NCBI GenBank assembly: GCA_040765725.1
Contig: JAXGRQ010000007.1
Location: 8,140 to 72,139 of the forward strand
DNA: 64,000 nt
From: Syntrophales bacterium
GTDB lineage: Bacteria > Desulfobacterota > Syntrophia > Syntrophales > UBA5619
Direction of reading: 5' to 3'
Part shown: piece after piece, positions 1 through 8,986 of the stretch
How positions within the stretch are numbered: position 1 is the stretch's first letter
How the letters are laid out: every line of letters starts with the position of its first letter
The notes under the pieces: model-generated
What the model was told of the DNA's origin: nothing
The model's input: the letters and a program-made list of their open reading frames with translations, nothing else
Databases searched by the model: none
Position numbers and translations under genes: made by a program

Positions 1-654
1 AAGGATATGATCGGGATTGTCGTCAGCCACACCGACGTGGCGGTGATTCCGTTCGGAGGGAAAAAACCGGCGGTGGGAACCAATCCCGTTGCCGTGGCCG
101 TTCCCACGGACCGGGAGTACCCGGTGCTGCTCGACATGGCGACCAGCGCGGCGTCCCTGGGGAAAATCCTGGTGGCCAAGAGCAAGGGGGAGCGGATTCC
201 ATCCGACTGGGCGGTCGATGAGGACGGCATCCCGACGACCGATCCCGCGAAGGTCAAATATCTGATGCCGATGGCGGGTCCGAAGGGTTACGCGCTGGCA
301 CTGATCTTCGACATCCTCTCCGGTCCGCTCACGGGATCGCTCTTCGGGAAAGGGCTGCCCAAAATGTACGGCGATTACGAAAAGCACCGCCGGATGGGGC
401 ATTTCATCGGCGCGATCCATGTGGGGCATTTCGTGCCGGTGGACGAGTTCAAGCGGAATGTCGGCCTGTTGATCGATGAAATCCACGACACCCCGCCGGC
501 AAAGGGGTTTGACCGGGTCCTGGTGCCCGGAGAAAAAGAATATTTGATGCGATTGCAGTATGAAAGGGAAGGGATTCCGATCCCCTCCGAGACGGCAAAG
601 GAACTGCGGGCCGTCGCCCGGGAGGCGGGCATCCGGTTTCCGGCCCCGGTTTGA
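1..654 (+). CDS. Ldh_2-family NAD(P)H oxidoreductase (malate/L-lactate / 2,3-diketo-L-gulonate reductase type), C-terminal part; 5' end lies outside the window
   Basis: Frame of ORF 7..654 stays open back to base 1. Translation (GTNPVAVAVP, LDMATSAASLGKI, MAGPKGYALAL, GHFIGAI) fits the Ldh_2 fold family (YiaK/AllD relatives). Confidence 0.8.
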   Translation, partial: KDMIGIVVSHTDVAVIPFGGKKPAVGTNPVAVAVPTDREYPVLLDMATSAASLGKILVAKSKGERIPSDWAVDEDGIPTTDPAKVKYLMPMAGPKGYALALIFDILSGPLTGSLFGKGLPKMYGDYEKHRRMGHFIGAIHVGHFVPVDEFKRNVGLLIDEIHDTPPAKGFDRVLVPGEKEYLMRLQYEREGIPIPSETAKELRAVAREAGIRFPAPV

Positions 655-1941
655 TCATTCTTTTCCAAAGGTGAGATTCGGAAGCCACAGGGCCACGTCC
701 GGCCAAAAAACGACCAGGACGACCACCACGACGACGGAAAGCATCAGCAGCCATCCCTCGCGGACAAAATCCCAGAGCGTGCATTTGAAGATCGTGCAGA
801 CGATGTAAAGGACGGCCCCCTCCGGAGGGGTCAACAGTCCGAGGGTCAGGGTCAGGACCATAATGATCCCGAAATGCACCAGGTCGATGTTCAGCTCCTG
901 GGCGACCGGCACGAGAATCGCGGTCAGCATCAGGATCAGCACCGTCGAGTCCATGAACGTTCCGGCGAAGAGCAGAAAGGTGACGATGATCAGCATCACG
1001 ATCCAGGGGGTGTCGGAGATCCCCAGGACAAACTCCGCAAGCTTTTGCGGGATCTGATCCCAGATGATGCCGTAACTGAAGGTCGCCGACAGGGCGATCA
1101 GCAGCATGATCATCCCCATATCGACCACCGTGCTCTCCAGGGTCTGGATCAGCTTCTTCCACGAAAACTGCCGGTAGACGATCGTGCCGATCACGATGGC
1201 GTATACGCACGCGAAGGCCCCCGCTTCGGAAGGGGTAAACATGCCGAACCGCAATCCGGCGATCAGGATGACCGGGAAAAGGAAAGCCCAAACGCAATCG
1301 ACGAACGTTTTCGCAATCTCCTTCAGAGAAGCCCGCGTTTCCCTTTCGGGGGGATACCCTTTTTGCTTCGCCCTCAAACGGACCGCAACCATCAGGAAGA
1401 CCGTCATCAGCAGGCCGGGGATCATCCCGGCCGCAAACAGCCGTCCGATCGATACCTCGGCGATACTGCCGTATAAAACCAGACCGATGCCGGGAGGGAT
1501 CATCGTCGTGATCAGCGAACTGCAGCCGATGACCGATGCCGAGAACCCGCCGGAGTAACCCCGTTTGGTCATGCCCGGTCCCAGGATCCGCGAGAGCATG
1601 GTGGCGTCGCCGATCGCGGAACTGGTGATTCCTCCCAGCGACGCCGCGATCACCATGTTGCTCTGCGCCGTGCCCCCGCGCATATGTCCCGTGAGAACCG
1701 AGGCCAGCCTCATGACCCGTTCGGTCAGGCCGGTCTCGTTGAGCAGGTTGCCGGCCAGAACGAACAACGGAATGGCCAGCAGCAGGAAGTTCTGCGTTTG
1801 GGAAAGCACCTGTTGCACGGGCATGGTCAGCGGCAGCGTCGGTTGCTGAAAAAAGAAGACGACGCCGGAAATGCCGAACGCAAAAGCGACCGGCATTCCC
1901 ATGAGCATGAAGAGAACAAACAGGATCAATACCAGCGTCAT
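655..1941 (-). CDS. TRAP transporter large permease (DctM family), system 1
   Basis: 428-aa very hydrophobic ORF starting MTLVLILFVLFMLMGMPVAFAFG, typical DctM. Follows DctQ and DctP genes on the same strand. Confidence 0.93.
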   Translation of the reverse strand: MTLVLILFVLFMLMGMPVAFAFGISGVVFFFQQPTLPLTMPVQQVLSQTQNFLLLAIPLFVLAGNLLNETGLTERVMRLASVLTGHMRGGTAQSNMVIAASLGGITSSAIGDATMLSRILGPGMTKRGYSGGFSASVIGCSSLITTMIPPGIGLVLYGSIAEVSIGRLFAAGMIPGLLMTVFLMVAVRLRAKQKGYPPERETRASLKEIAKTFVDCVWAFLFPVILIAGLRFGMFTPSEAGAFACVYAIVIGTIVYRQFSWKKLIQTLESTVVDMGMIMLLIALSATFSYGIIWDQIPQKLAEFVLGISDTPWIVMLIIVTFLLFAGTFMDSTVLILMLTAILVPVAQELNIDLVHFGIIMVLTLTLGLLTPPEGAVLYIVCTIFKCTLWDFVREGWLLMLSVVVVVVLVVFWPDVALWLPNLTFGKE

Positions 1942-2007
1942 TCCGCAACCTCTCTGCCTTCAATCGCGCTCAGGTTCCATTCGGCGATGCACGGAAAAAA
2001 CAGTTTG

Positions 2008-2526
2008 TCAGATGATTTCACCGCTCACCCCTTCCCTTTTCGTGATCGGTTCGCCCGTTGCGATTGCGCGCCAGAAGGCTTTGATTTTCAGGATAGCCGT
2101 GATGAGCATCAGCGCGCAGCCGATCGGCACGCTGAGCGTCACCCACGTATAGCTGAAGCCCGGAATCCCCTGAAAGGCCCTGAACCGGGTTGTCCAGGAA
2201 AGGGGGATGCCGTATCCGATCATGCCCAACAAAAAAACGGCGATGATGCTGTAATTGATGATTTGGAGATAGAGTTGGGCTTTCGGGGAGAGCCTGCCGG
2301 TGATCACTTCGATGCAGAACAGCCTGTCCAGTCTCATGGCCGCATCCGCACCGAGAAAAACCGTCCAGGCAAAGAGGAACGTCGCGGCATCCATCGCCCA
2401 GTTCAACGGATAATGCAGGGATCGCGCGACCGCGGCGACAAACACCAGAAGCGAAAGAAGACCCAGAGAGTATTTGGCGATCTGCATCTCCTGTTTACAG
2501 AGGAACTTATAAAAATTTTTCATCAT
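2008..2526 (-). CDS. TRAP transporter small permease (DctQ family), system 1
   Basis: 172-aa four-TM-type ORF between the DctP and DctM genes. Confidence 0.85.
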   Translation of the reverse strand: MMKNFYKFLCKQEMQIAKYSLGLLSLLVFVAAVARSLHYPLNWAMDAATFLFAWTVFLGADAAMRLDRLFCIEVITGRLSPKAQLYLQIINYSIIAVFLLGMIGYGIPLSWTTRFRAFQGIPGFSYTWVTLSVPIGCALMLITAILKIKAFWRAIATGEPITKREGVSGEII

Positions 2527-2648
2527 TCCCCCCTCACGTGTCCGGCAACCTCGAAACCGTCATTTCCGTGTCGGCACGCATCATCCGACCCGGCCTCCCG
2601 GATTTGCGGAGGCCGGGCCGGAGATCGATCGTCGCTTGGTCTGTAGTC

Positions 2649-3644
2649 CTACTTTTTGCCCATTTCCTGATAGACCTTGTTCTTCGCATCGGTGATTTTC
2701 AGGACTTCATAGGCCTTCTCTCCGGCCTTCTTGAAGGCCGCAATGTCGCAATCCTCGACCGCCACCATTCCCTTGGCCAGCAACTGCTTCTTGACTTCCA
2801 GCTCGGATGCCAGGATCTTTTTGGAGGTTTCCAGACCGGCCTTGTCGCACTCCTCGACCAGGATCTTCTGGTAGTCGGCCGGCAGGCTGTTGAAGTATTT
2901 GGCGCTCATCACCTCGAAGTTGATCAGCATGATGTGCCCGGTTTCATTGGCGTACTTGAGGACCTCGTAGAAGCGGCCGGCGGGGATGTTGTTATAGACG
3001 AGCTCCACCCCTTCGATCGCCTTTTGCTGAATCGCCGGATACATGTCTCCGAAGGCCATGGCGACCGGCGTTGCGCCCAGCGCCCGGACCGACTCCTGCC
3101 AGATGGGGGCGGGCGGCGTCCGGATACGCATCCCCTTCAAATCCTCGGGTTTCTTGATGGGCTTGTTCGTGAAGAAATGGCGGTACCCCTGGACCCAGGT
3201 GAAAGAAATGACCTTCAATCCGAACTTGTTGGCCAACTCTTCCGTCCAGGCCTTGACCGTCGGCGTATTCTTGATCTTGATCACTTCCTCCAACGTGGTT
3301 GCGAAATAGGGGCCGTTCATTACGGCGATTCCGGGGATGTAATTCCCGAGCCGGGCCGAGTCGGTATTCTGGCCGATATTCGCTCCCTGTCGCATCTGCT
3401 CGATGATGTCCTCTTCGACGCCGAGCTGTGCGCTGTGAAAGACCTCGATCTTGAGATTGCCCTTGGTTTTGGTGTTCACGGCTTTGGCCCAGTCGGTAAA
3501 TCCTTTGTGATAAGGTTCTTTCGCGCCCAGGACGTGGTTGAACTTCAAAACGAATTTCTGCTGCCCGAAGGCCGGTAACGTGATGACCAGAGGCAAAATG
3601 ATCGATGCCGCGAAAAGCACATAATATTTCTTGAATCCTTTCAT
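2649..3644 (-). CDS. TRAP transporter substrate-binding protein (DctP family), system 1
   Basis: 331 aa with N-terminal signal peptide (MKGFKKYYVLFAASIILPLVITLPAFG). DctP-like body (KFNHVLG..., MRIRTPPAPIW). Confidence 0.92.
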   Translation of the reverse strand: MKGFKKYYVLFAASIILPLVITLPAFGQQKFVLKFNHVLGAKEPYHKGFTDWAKAVNTKTKGNLKIEVFHSAQLGVEEDIIEQMRQGANIGQNTDSARLGNYIPGIAVMNGPYFATTLEEVIKIKNTPTVKAWTEELANKFGLKVISFTWVQGYRHFFTNKPIKKPEDLKGMRIRTPPAPIWQESVRALGATPVAMAFGDMYPAIQQKAIEGVELVYNNIPAGRFYEVLKYANETGHIMLINFEVMSAKYFNSLPADYQKILVEECDKAGLETSKKILASELEVKKQLLAKGMVAVEDCDIAAFKKAGEKAYEVLKITDAKNKVYQEMGKK

Positions 3645-3923
3645 ATTCCCCTCCTTTCATCGGTGAATCGCCCCGCGCCCGATGCGGGGCGTCTGGAACG
3701 ACTTGAATGATGGGGACGGCGCCCCCCGTCCCGCTGCTCCGCGGGAGATCCGTCCCGGAGACCGATCTTCCGCCGGAAAGCGATATGCGATCCCCCTTCA
3801 GCGCGATCCATTCTGCCTTCACACCCCCCCTTTCTCACGGATCCCTGAATATCAAGACAAGACCAAACTCCTTCTTTCCGGCCTCCTTCCAACGAATCTT
3901 TCGCATTTTATCCCTTTGCTGCG

Positions 3924-4670
3924 TCAATCCATGAATGCCCCGCCGTTGACGTCGAGGATTTCACCGGTGATGAACGATGCTGCGTCGGAAGCCAGGAAAA
4001 GAACGGCCTCCGCCACATCCTGCGGCCTTCCCAGACGGCCGAGGGGAATCCCGGCGATGACCTCTCTTCTCTTCGCTTCGGACCATTGAGCGCTCATCTC
4101 GGTTTCAATGGCATGAGGGGCGACGGCATTGACCCGGATGCCGCTGGGGGCAAGCTGCCTGGCCAGGGTCTTCATCAGGGCATCGGAACCCGCCTTGGAT
4201 GAACCATACCCGGGGGCGGAGGTGATATCGCCGATCTTTCCGGCAATGGACGAGACATTCACGATCTTTCCCGACCCCTGCCGCTTCATGGTTCCAACGA
4301 CCGCCTTGCAGCAGTTGAACGTCCCCTTCAGATTGACGGCGATCACACGATCCCAGTCGTCCTCGCCGACCGTTTCGATCGTGCCGCGGCGGATGATCCC
4401 GGCATTGTTGACGAGCAGATCGATCCGCCCAAAGGTTCCGAGGACCTCCTCGACCATCGTTTTCACGTCGGGACTCTTCTCGATATCGCAGACGACGGGA
4501 AGGATCTGTCCCCCCCGTTTTTCAGCCTCAACCTGTAGGCTCCGGAGGGCCTCACGGTCGACATCCACGGGAACGACCTTTGCGCCCTCGTCGATCAGCG
4601 CCAATGCAATGCTCCGCCCGATGCCTTTTGCCGCCCCGGTGACGACGGCCACCTGATTTTTGAATCTCAT
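3924..4670 (-). CDS. Short-chain dehydrogenase/reductase (FabG-like SDR)
   Basis: ORF 3924..4733; start chosen at internal MRFKNQVAVVTGAAKGIG. TGxxxGIG, NNAG and YxxxK (YGSSKAG) motifs present. Confidence 0.88.
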   Translation of the reverse strand: MRFKNQVAVVTGAAKGIGRSIALALIDEGAKVVPVDVDREALRSLQVEAEKRGGQILPVVCDIEKSPDVKTMVEEVLGTFGRIDLLVNNAGIIRRGTIETVGEDDWDRVIAVNLKGTFNCCKAVVGTMKRQGSGKIVNVSSIAGKIGDITSAPGYGSSKAGSDALMKTLARQLAPSGIRVNAVAPHAIETEMSAQWSEAKRREVIAGIPLGRLGRPQDVAEAVLFLASDAASFITGEILDVNGGAFMD

Positions 4671-4764
4671 TCCCACCCTCCCGATATTTCCCCGGATGGA
4701 TCGGTGTGAGGTTCGGTCCGGCGCTGCAACCACCCCAAGCCTTTCCCCGTGCTCTTTCCCGGTT

Positions 4765-5550
4765 TCAGGTTAGGGCGCCCCGTGCCGCTCCGAATCCCAG
4801 TTGAACCGACAATTTTTTCGCCACATCCCGCAGCGGATCCTGCAGCTCCCTGAGCCGCCGCAGCGAAAGACGGCTCTTCGGTCCGACGATGCAAAGCGCT
4901 GCGCAGACCTTCTCGGACTGATCCCGGACCGGTGTGGCAATGCAGCGGATCCCCTCGAGGTGCTCCTCTCTATCGAGTGCGAATCCGTTCGCGCGGACAC
5001 GCGCAAGCTCTTGTTTCAGGGCGGAGATGTCGGTAATCGTGTTGGCGGTCATCCGTTCGAATCCGGTTCGACCGATGATGCCGTCGAGCTCCCGTTCGGG
5101 AAGCCAGGCCGCGAGAAGCTTGCCGACGGCCGTACAGTAGATCGGCCGTAGGGTCCCGACCTCCTGAACGACGCGCACCGGCCCCTCGGAATCCCTCTTG
5201 GCCACCACCGATACCACGCCCGCACGGAGAATGGCCAGGCTGGTTCCTTCCCCGGTCCGGCGGCTCAGTTCGTCGAGGAACGGGATCGATATCTCCGCGA
5301 GCTGCTGTTGGGTCCAGGCGGGTCCGGTCAGCTGGAAAAGTCTGGGCGCCAGTTTATAGGGCTGCGCCTCGCCGTCCTGAACGAGATAACCAAAGGTGAT
5401 CAGTGAGCGGAGCAAGTGGTGAGCCGTGCTGCGGGGCAGGCCGGTCTTCCGGGCGATGACGGACGCGGATGCGGAGCCGCCGAAAGCGGCGATGGTTTCA
5501 ATCACCCGCAGCCCGCGTTCAAGGGATTGATGAGAGATTCCGGACTTCAT
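4765..5550 (-). CDS. IclR-family transcriptional regulator
   Basis: ORF 4765..5709; start placed at MKSGISHQSLERGLRVIE (ATG 5550, GGGAGGA upstream; ATG 5571 is possible). N-terminal wHTH plus C-terminal IclR effector domain (GIRCIATPV). Confidence 0.85.
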   Translation of the reverse strand: MKSGISHQSLERGLRVIETIAAFGGSASASVIARKTGLPRSTAHHLLRSLITFGYLVQDGEAQPYKLAPRLFQLTGPAWTQQQLAEISIPFLDELSRRTGEGTSLAILRAGVVSVVAKRDSEGPVRVVQEVGTLRPIYCTAVGKLLAAWLPERELDGIIGRTGFERMTANTITDISALKQELARVRANGFALDREEHLEGIRCIATPVRDQSEKVCAALCIVGPKSRLSLRRLRELQDPLRDVAKKLSVQLGFGAARGALT

Positions 5551-5576
5551 CCGTCCTCCCGGTTGTCTCATATAAT

Positions 5577-5589
5577 GAAACCTGGTTTC
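5577..5589. promoter_or_regulatory. Perfect 13-bp palindrome GAAACC-T-GGTTTC (KdgR/IclR-box-like operator candidate)
   Basis: Read directly. Lies immediately downstream of the minus-strand -10 element of the IclR gene, 27 nt before its ATG. Confidence 0.5.
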
Positions 5590-5590
5590 T

Positions 5591-5618
5591 ATTCTATCCC
5601 ATACGTTGGTCATGTCAA
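5591..5618 (-). promoter_or_regulatory. Sigma70-like promoter of the IclR gene (TTGACA-16-TAGAAT on the minus strand)
   Basis: Plus-strand tgtcaa at 5613-5618 and attcta at 5591-5596, with a 16-nt spacer. Confidence 0.5.
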
Positions 5619-5688
5619 GCAAATTTTCCCTCGAACGGCCCATCCCCGATTGCCGATGAGTCCATTTGCCGTGACTTTTAAAATGAGA

Positions 5689-5720
5689 CCCACCCCATCC
5701 GTCACCCACCCCATCCGTCG
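5689..5720 (+). repeat. Tandem direct repeat, 2 x 16 bp (cccaccccatccgtca / cccaccccatccgtcg)
   Basis: Read directly. Abuts the -35 of the next promoter. The 12-mer accccatccgtc recurs at 40438-40449. Confidence 0.9.
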
Positions 5721-5721
5721 C

Positions 5722-5751
5722 TTGACTTCACACCATCCCCTCATTTATGAT
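5722..5751 (+). promoter_or_regulatory. Candidate promoter of the SDR gene (TTGACT-18-TATGAT)
   Basis: Hexamers at 5722-5727 and 5746-5751, about 60 nt upstream of ATG 5814. Confidence 0.4.
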
Positions 5752-5813
5752 CAAACCTCATGAAATGACGCAAAAGCGGATGTTCATCCTTAGTCTCAAG
5801 GAGGCCGTGGGGG

Positions 5814-6668
5814 ATGAAAACCAATGGAAAATCCGAAAACGAAAACACAGGGTGCAGGGAGGGGGTCGTCGACTACCTCTGTAAGATGTTTTCGCTGGCC
5901 GGCAAGAAGGCCGTCATCACCGGAGGCAGCGGCGTGCTGGGGACGGACATGGCCTGCGCCATAGCCCGCGCAGGCGCGGACGTCGTCCTCTGGGCCTCCC
6001 GCGAGGGTCCGCTGCAGGCTTCGACCGAGTACATCCGAAGGGAAACCGGGCGTACGGAAGGCATCGGGTATTACAGGGTGGATCTGATGAACGAAAACGA
6101 AACGCTCGCGGCCGTTGACGCGGCAGGCGACTTCCAGATCCTCATCAATGCCTGTGGCGGAGGCAGAGGGAAGAGCCCGTTGATCGAGCAGGAGATGGAG
6201 AATTTTCGCTTCGTGATGAAGCTCAACGTCGAAGCAGGCTGTTTTCTGCCCATGAAGCTGGCCGCCAAGCGCTGGATCGAGAAGAAGATCCGCGGCTGCA
6301 TCATCAACATCGCAAGCATGGGCAGCTATGTGCCTCTCTCGGGCGTCTGGGCTTACAGCGCCGCGAAGGCGGCCGTGGTCAACCTGACCGAGGGCGCGGC
6401 CAAGGAATTCGCCCCCTACGGCATCCGCGTGAATGCCATCGCCCCGGGATTCTTCCTCGGCAAACAGAACAGGCGTCTTCTGATCAACGAAGACGGTTCG
6501 CTGACCGACCGCGGGAAGGCGGTGATCGCCCACACGCCGTTCGGTCGCTTCGGGCAGGCGCATGAACTGATGGGCGCCGTGCTGTACCTCTGCGCCGACG
6601 AGGCCGCCGGTTTTGTCACGGGGGTCACCATTCCGGTGGACGGCGGTTTCCTGATCCAGAACATCTGA
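5814..6668 (+). CDS. SDR-family oxidoreductase, D-mannonate/fructuronate oxidoreductase (YjmF/UxuB SDR type) candidate
   Basis: 284 aa, AGGAGG 8 nt upstream. GKKAVITGGSGVLG, and a C-terminal block NAIAPGFFLGKQNRRLLINEDGSLTDRG...TPFGRFG...FVTG..IPVDGGF that I associate with SDR-type mannonate oxidoreductases. Uronate gene context. Confidence 0.65.
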   Translation: MKTNGKSENENTGCREGVVDYLCKMFSLAGKKAVITGGSGVLGTDMACAIARAGADVVLWASREGPLQASTEYIRRETGRTEGIGYYRVDLMNENETLAAVDAAGDFQILINACGGGRGKSPLIEQEMENFRFVMKLNVEAGCFLPMKLAAKRWIEKKIRGCIINIASMGSYVPLSGVWAYSAAKAAVVNLTEGAAKEFAPYGIRVNAIAPGFFLGKQNRRLLINEDGSLTDRGKAVIAHTPFGRFGQAHELMGAVLYLCADEAAGFVTGVTIPVDGGFLIQNI

Positions 6669-6830
6669 AATCGATCCTATTCCCGCCGGCAGCGATAAAA
6701 TCGAATCCCTTCAAGCATCGGAATTCTTCCGTTTGTTTTCACCTGCCCGTGGTTTACCGATTCCTGACGCCATCCGCAGCCGGTCCGCAAGGCTGAAAGC
6801 CGGATGATGAAAAGAGATGATGAAAACATA

Positions 6831-6859
6831 TTGACATCCCCAAAAAGTTTTGTTATTAG
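6831..6859 (+). promoter_or_regulatory. Sigma70-like promoter of the second IclR gene (TTGACA-17-TATTAG)
   Basis: TTGACA at 6831-6836, TATTAG at 6854-6859. Confidence 0.5.
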
Positions 6860-6871
6860 GAACAAGGTTCC
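6859..6871. promoter_or_regulatory. Perfect 13-bp palindrome GGAAC-AAG-GTTCC (IclR/KdgR-type operator candidate); half-site TGGAACAAA repeated at 6878-6886
   Basis: Read directly. Overlaps the -10/+1 of the promoter, the same layout as at 5577-5589. Confidence 0.5.
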
Positions 6872-6959
6872 GTATTATGGAACAAACTCATTTATCGGAA
6901 TGTCGCTGTCCGCAAGGTCGTTAAGGAAGCGCATTCCTGATCAAACAGGACAAAAGCCT

Positions 6960-7787
6960 ATGGAACCGAAAACAATCCAATCCAAGCCGAGCAATCTCGT
7001 CCAGACGATCGAGAGGGTTTCCCTGATTCTCGATCGGGTGGGACAAAATTCCCAGGGGATGAGCATCAGGGATTTGTCCTCGGGACTGAATCTCCCGAAA
7101 GGGACGATACACCGCATCCTCTCCTCCCTGTCCTATTTTGGGTATATCCGCCAGGACCCGGCGACGAAGCTCTACTTTCTGGGCCTGAAGCTGATGGATT
7201 TGAATGCCCAATTGAGCAGCCAGCTTGATTTTCGGAAGGTTGCGGAACCGATTCTGCGGGATCTCGCGGAGAAGACGAAACAGACGGCGCATCTGGTGAT
7301 TCTGGATCGGGATGAGGTGGTCTATGTGGACAAAATTGAGACGCAGCAACCGACAGGCGGATTGAAAATGGCGTCGCGCATCGGTTCCCGGAATCCGGCT
7401 CACAGCAGCGCGGTGGGAAAGGTGCTGCTCTCCTATTTTTCCGACGACGCGTTGACGGATTTTCTTCAAAAGAGGGGACTGCCCCGACGGACGCAGAACA
7501 CCATTACGCGTCGCGATGATTTCCGGGATCATTTGAAAATCGTCCGAAGCCAGGGATACGCGACGGACGATGAGGAGAATGAACAGGGAATCCGCTGCGT
7601 GGGAGCCCCGATCTTTGACGACAAAGGGAGGCCCGTGGCCGCAATCAGCGTATCCGGTTCGGTTTTCCAGATGACCAAGGAGACCGTTGAGGGTGTGATG
7701 AGACGGGCGGTGATGGCGGCGGCGGCGGAAATCTCCCGAAGATTGGGTTTTCGGGACGGTGTGATGGACGGGAAAGGAGGCGGATAA
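6960..7787 (+). CDS. IclR-family transcriptional regulator (KdgR-type by context)
   Basis: ORF 6804..7787; start placed at MEPKTIQSKPSNLVQTIERVSLILD (ATG 6960). wHTH plus IclR effector domain (GIRCVGAPIFD). Precedes the KDG-pathway operon. Confidence 0.85.
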   Translation: MEPKTIQSKPSNLVQTIERVSLILDRVGQNSQGMSIRDLSSGLNLPKGTIHRILSSLSYFGYIRQDPATKLYFLGLKLMDLNAQLSSQLDFRKVAEPILRDLAEKTKQTAHLVILDRDEVVYVDKIETQQPTGGLKMASRIGSRNPAHSSAVGKVLLSYFSDDALTDFLQKRGLPRRTQNTITRRDDFRDHLKIVRSQGYATDDEENEQGIRCVGAPIFDDKGRPVAAISVSGSVFQMTKETVEGVMRRAVMAAAAEISRRLGFRDGVMDGKGGG

Positions 7788-7871
7788 ACAAATCTGGGAA
7801 AGAGAGAGGGTTTGACAGAGGCGAATCGCATGCAGGATTTTGTAATCAACCAAAAACCATAGGAGGGGGAA

Positions 7872-8858
7872 ATGAAAAAACTGTTGGTGATTCTTCTGTT
7901 GTCGGTCTTTTTCATCCCGGCTGTTTATGCGGGGGAGGCCAAGCCGATCGAGATGAAACTGGGTCATTTCGCGGCGGATGCCCATCCGGGCAACCTGGCC
8001 AGCAAGATGTTTGCCGAGGCAGTCGAGAAGAGGACGAACGGGGCGATCAAGGTCACGATTTATCCCAACAACGCACTGGGCTCCCCACCGGAGGTACTCG
8101 AACAGAACATCCTGGGCGCGGTGGACATGAGTCTGCCCACGCAGGGCCAACTGGGGAAATATTCCAAAAAATTCAACTGCGTCATGCTTCCATTTGTATT
8201 CAACGATTATGCGCAGGCCGACAAGGTTCTCGATGGCGTATTCCTCAAATGGGCGGCGCCCGATCTCGACAAGGCCGGGCTGGTCTTTCTGTCGAACTGG
8301 GAATGGGGGTTCCGAAACCTGACGAACAGCAAACGTCCGGTGAATGTCCCCGCCGATGTCAAGGGGCTGAAGGTGCGCACCCCGCCGGAACTGCCCACGC
8401 AGGCGGCCATGGAGGCCCTCGGGGCGGTGGTGGCCACGATCAATTTCAACGAACTGCAGATGGCCCTGAAACAGGGGGTGGTGGACGGCCAGGAGAATCC
8501 CATCGCCGTGATCCATTCCAACAAGATCTACGAAACGCAGAAGTACCTTGCCATCACCGGCCACAACTACAACTCGATGGTGCACGTGATCAGCAAGAAG
8601 GTGTGGGACAAGCTGACCCCGGCGCAGCAGAAGATCGTGAAGGAGGAGAGCAAAAAGGCCGGAAACTGGATGAGAAAGACCTGTCGGGATGCGGAATCGA
8701 AACAGATCAGCGAATTGAAGGGATTCGGGATGGAGGTGACCTATCCCAACAAGGCGGAATTCAAGAAATTGATGAAGCCGGCCTATGACCGGATGAAGGC
8801 CATCGCCGACGAGAAGAATATTGCGGCGTTCATCAAGATGGTGGACGAAGCAAAGTAG
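7872..8858 (+). CDS. TRAP transporter substrate-binding protein (DctP family), system 2
   Basis: 328 aa, signal peptide MKKLLVILLLSVFFIPAVYA, DctP-like body (LKVRTPPELPTQ). Confidence 0.92.
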   Translation: MKKLLVILLLSVFFIPAVYAGEAKPIEMKLGHFAADAHPGNLASKMFAEAVEKRTNGAIKVTIYPNNALGSPPEVLEQNILGAVDMSLPTQGQLGKYSKKFNCVMLPFVFNDYAQADKVLDGVFLKWAAPDLDKAGLVFLSNWEWGFRNLTNSKRPVNVPADVKGLKVRTPPELPTQAAMEALGAVVATINFNELQMALKQGVVDGQENPIAVIHSNKIYETQKYLAITGHNYNSMVHVISKKVWDKLTPAQQKIVKEESKKAGNWMRKTCRDAESKQISELKGFGMEVTYPNKAEFKKLMKPAYDRMKAIADEKNIAAFIKMVDEAK

Positions 8859-8876
8859 GTCTTTGAAAAAGCGCGG

Positions 8877-8929
8877 GAGGGGTTGATGACCGCGGTTCCG
8901 GCGGATCTCAACCCCTCAAGTCAGGGGTT
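8877..8929 (+). other. Two mutually exclusive stem-loops between the dctP and dctM genes
   Basis: 10-bp perfect stem gaggggttga (8877-8886) / tcaacccctc (8908-8917). Alternative 7-bp stem aacccct (8910-8916) / aggggtt (8923-8929) shares the same C-rich arm. Confidence 0.5.
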
Positions 8930-8986
8930 TCTCAGACTTTCTTTTGGAAAGAGACAAGGCACTCGAAGCGATCCGAAAGGCAACAC

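Noticed and set aside
449-1963. 504-aa minus-strand ORF overlapping the Ldh_2 and DctM genes
   Set aside because: The translation is Arg/Gly/Pro/His-rich and low-complexity with no motifs. It is out of frame with the convincing DctM ORF on the same strand. This is a typical spurious ORF of GC-rich DNA.
3645-3923. 280-nt GC-rich leader with hairpins (for example cgccccgc...gcggggcg at 3671-3693) upstream of dctP system 1, as a riboswitch or small gene
   Set aside because: There is no recognisable riboswitch core. The 83-aa ORF here is Arg/Gly-rich noise. The hairpins alone are insufficient evidence.
6921-8585. 554-aa ORF antisense to the IclR and DctP genes
   Set aside because: Shadow ORF: Arg/His/Gly/Leu-rich with no recognisable domain. 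The opposite strand carries two well-supported genes.
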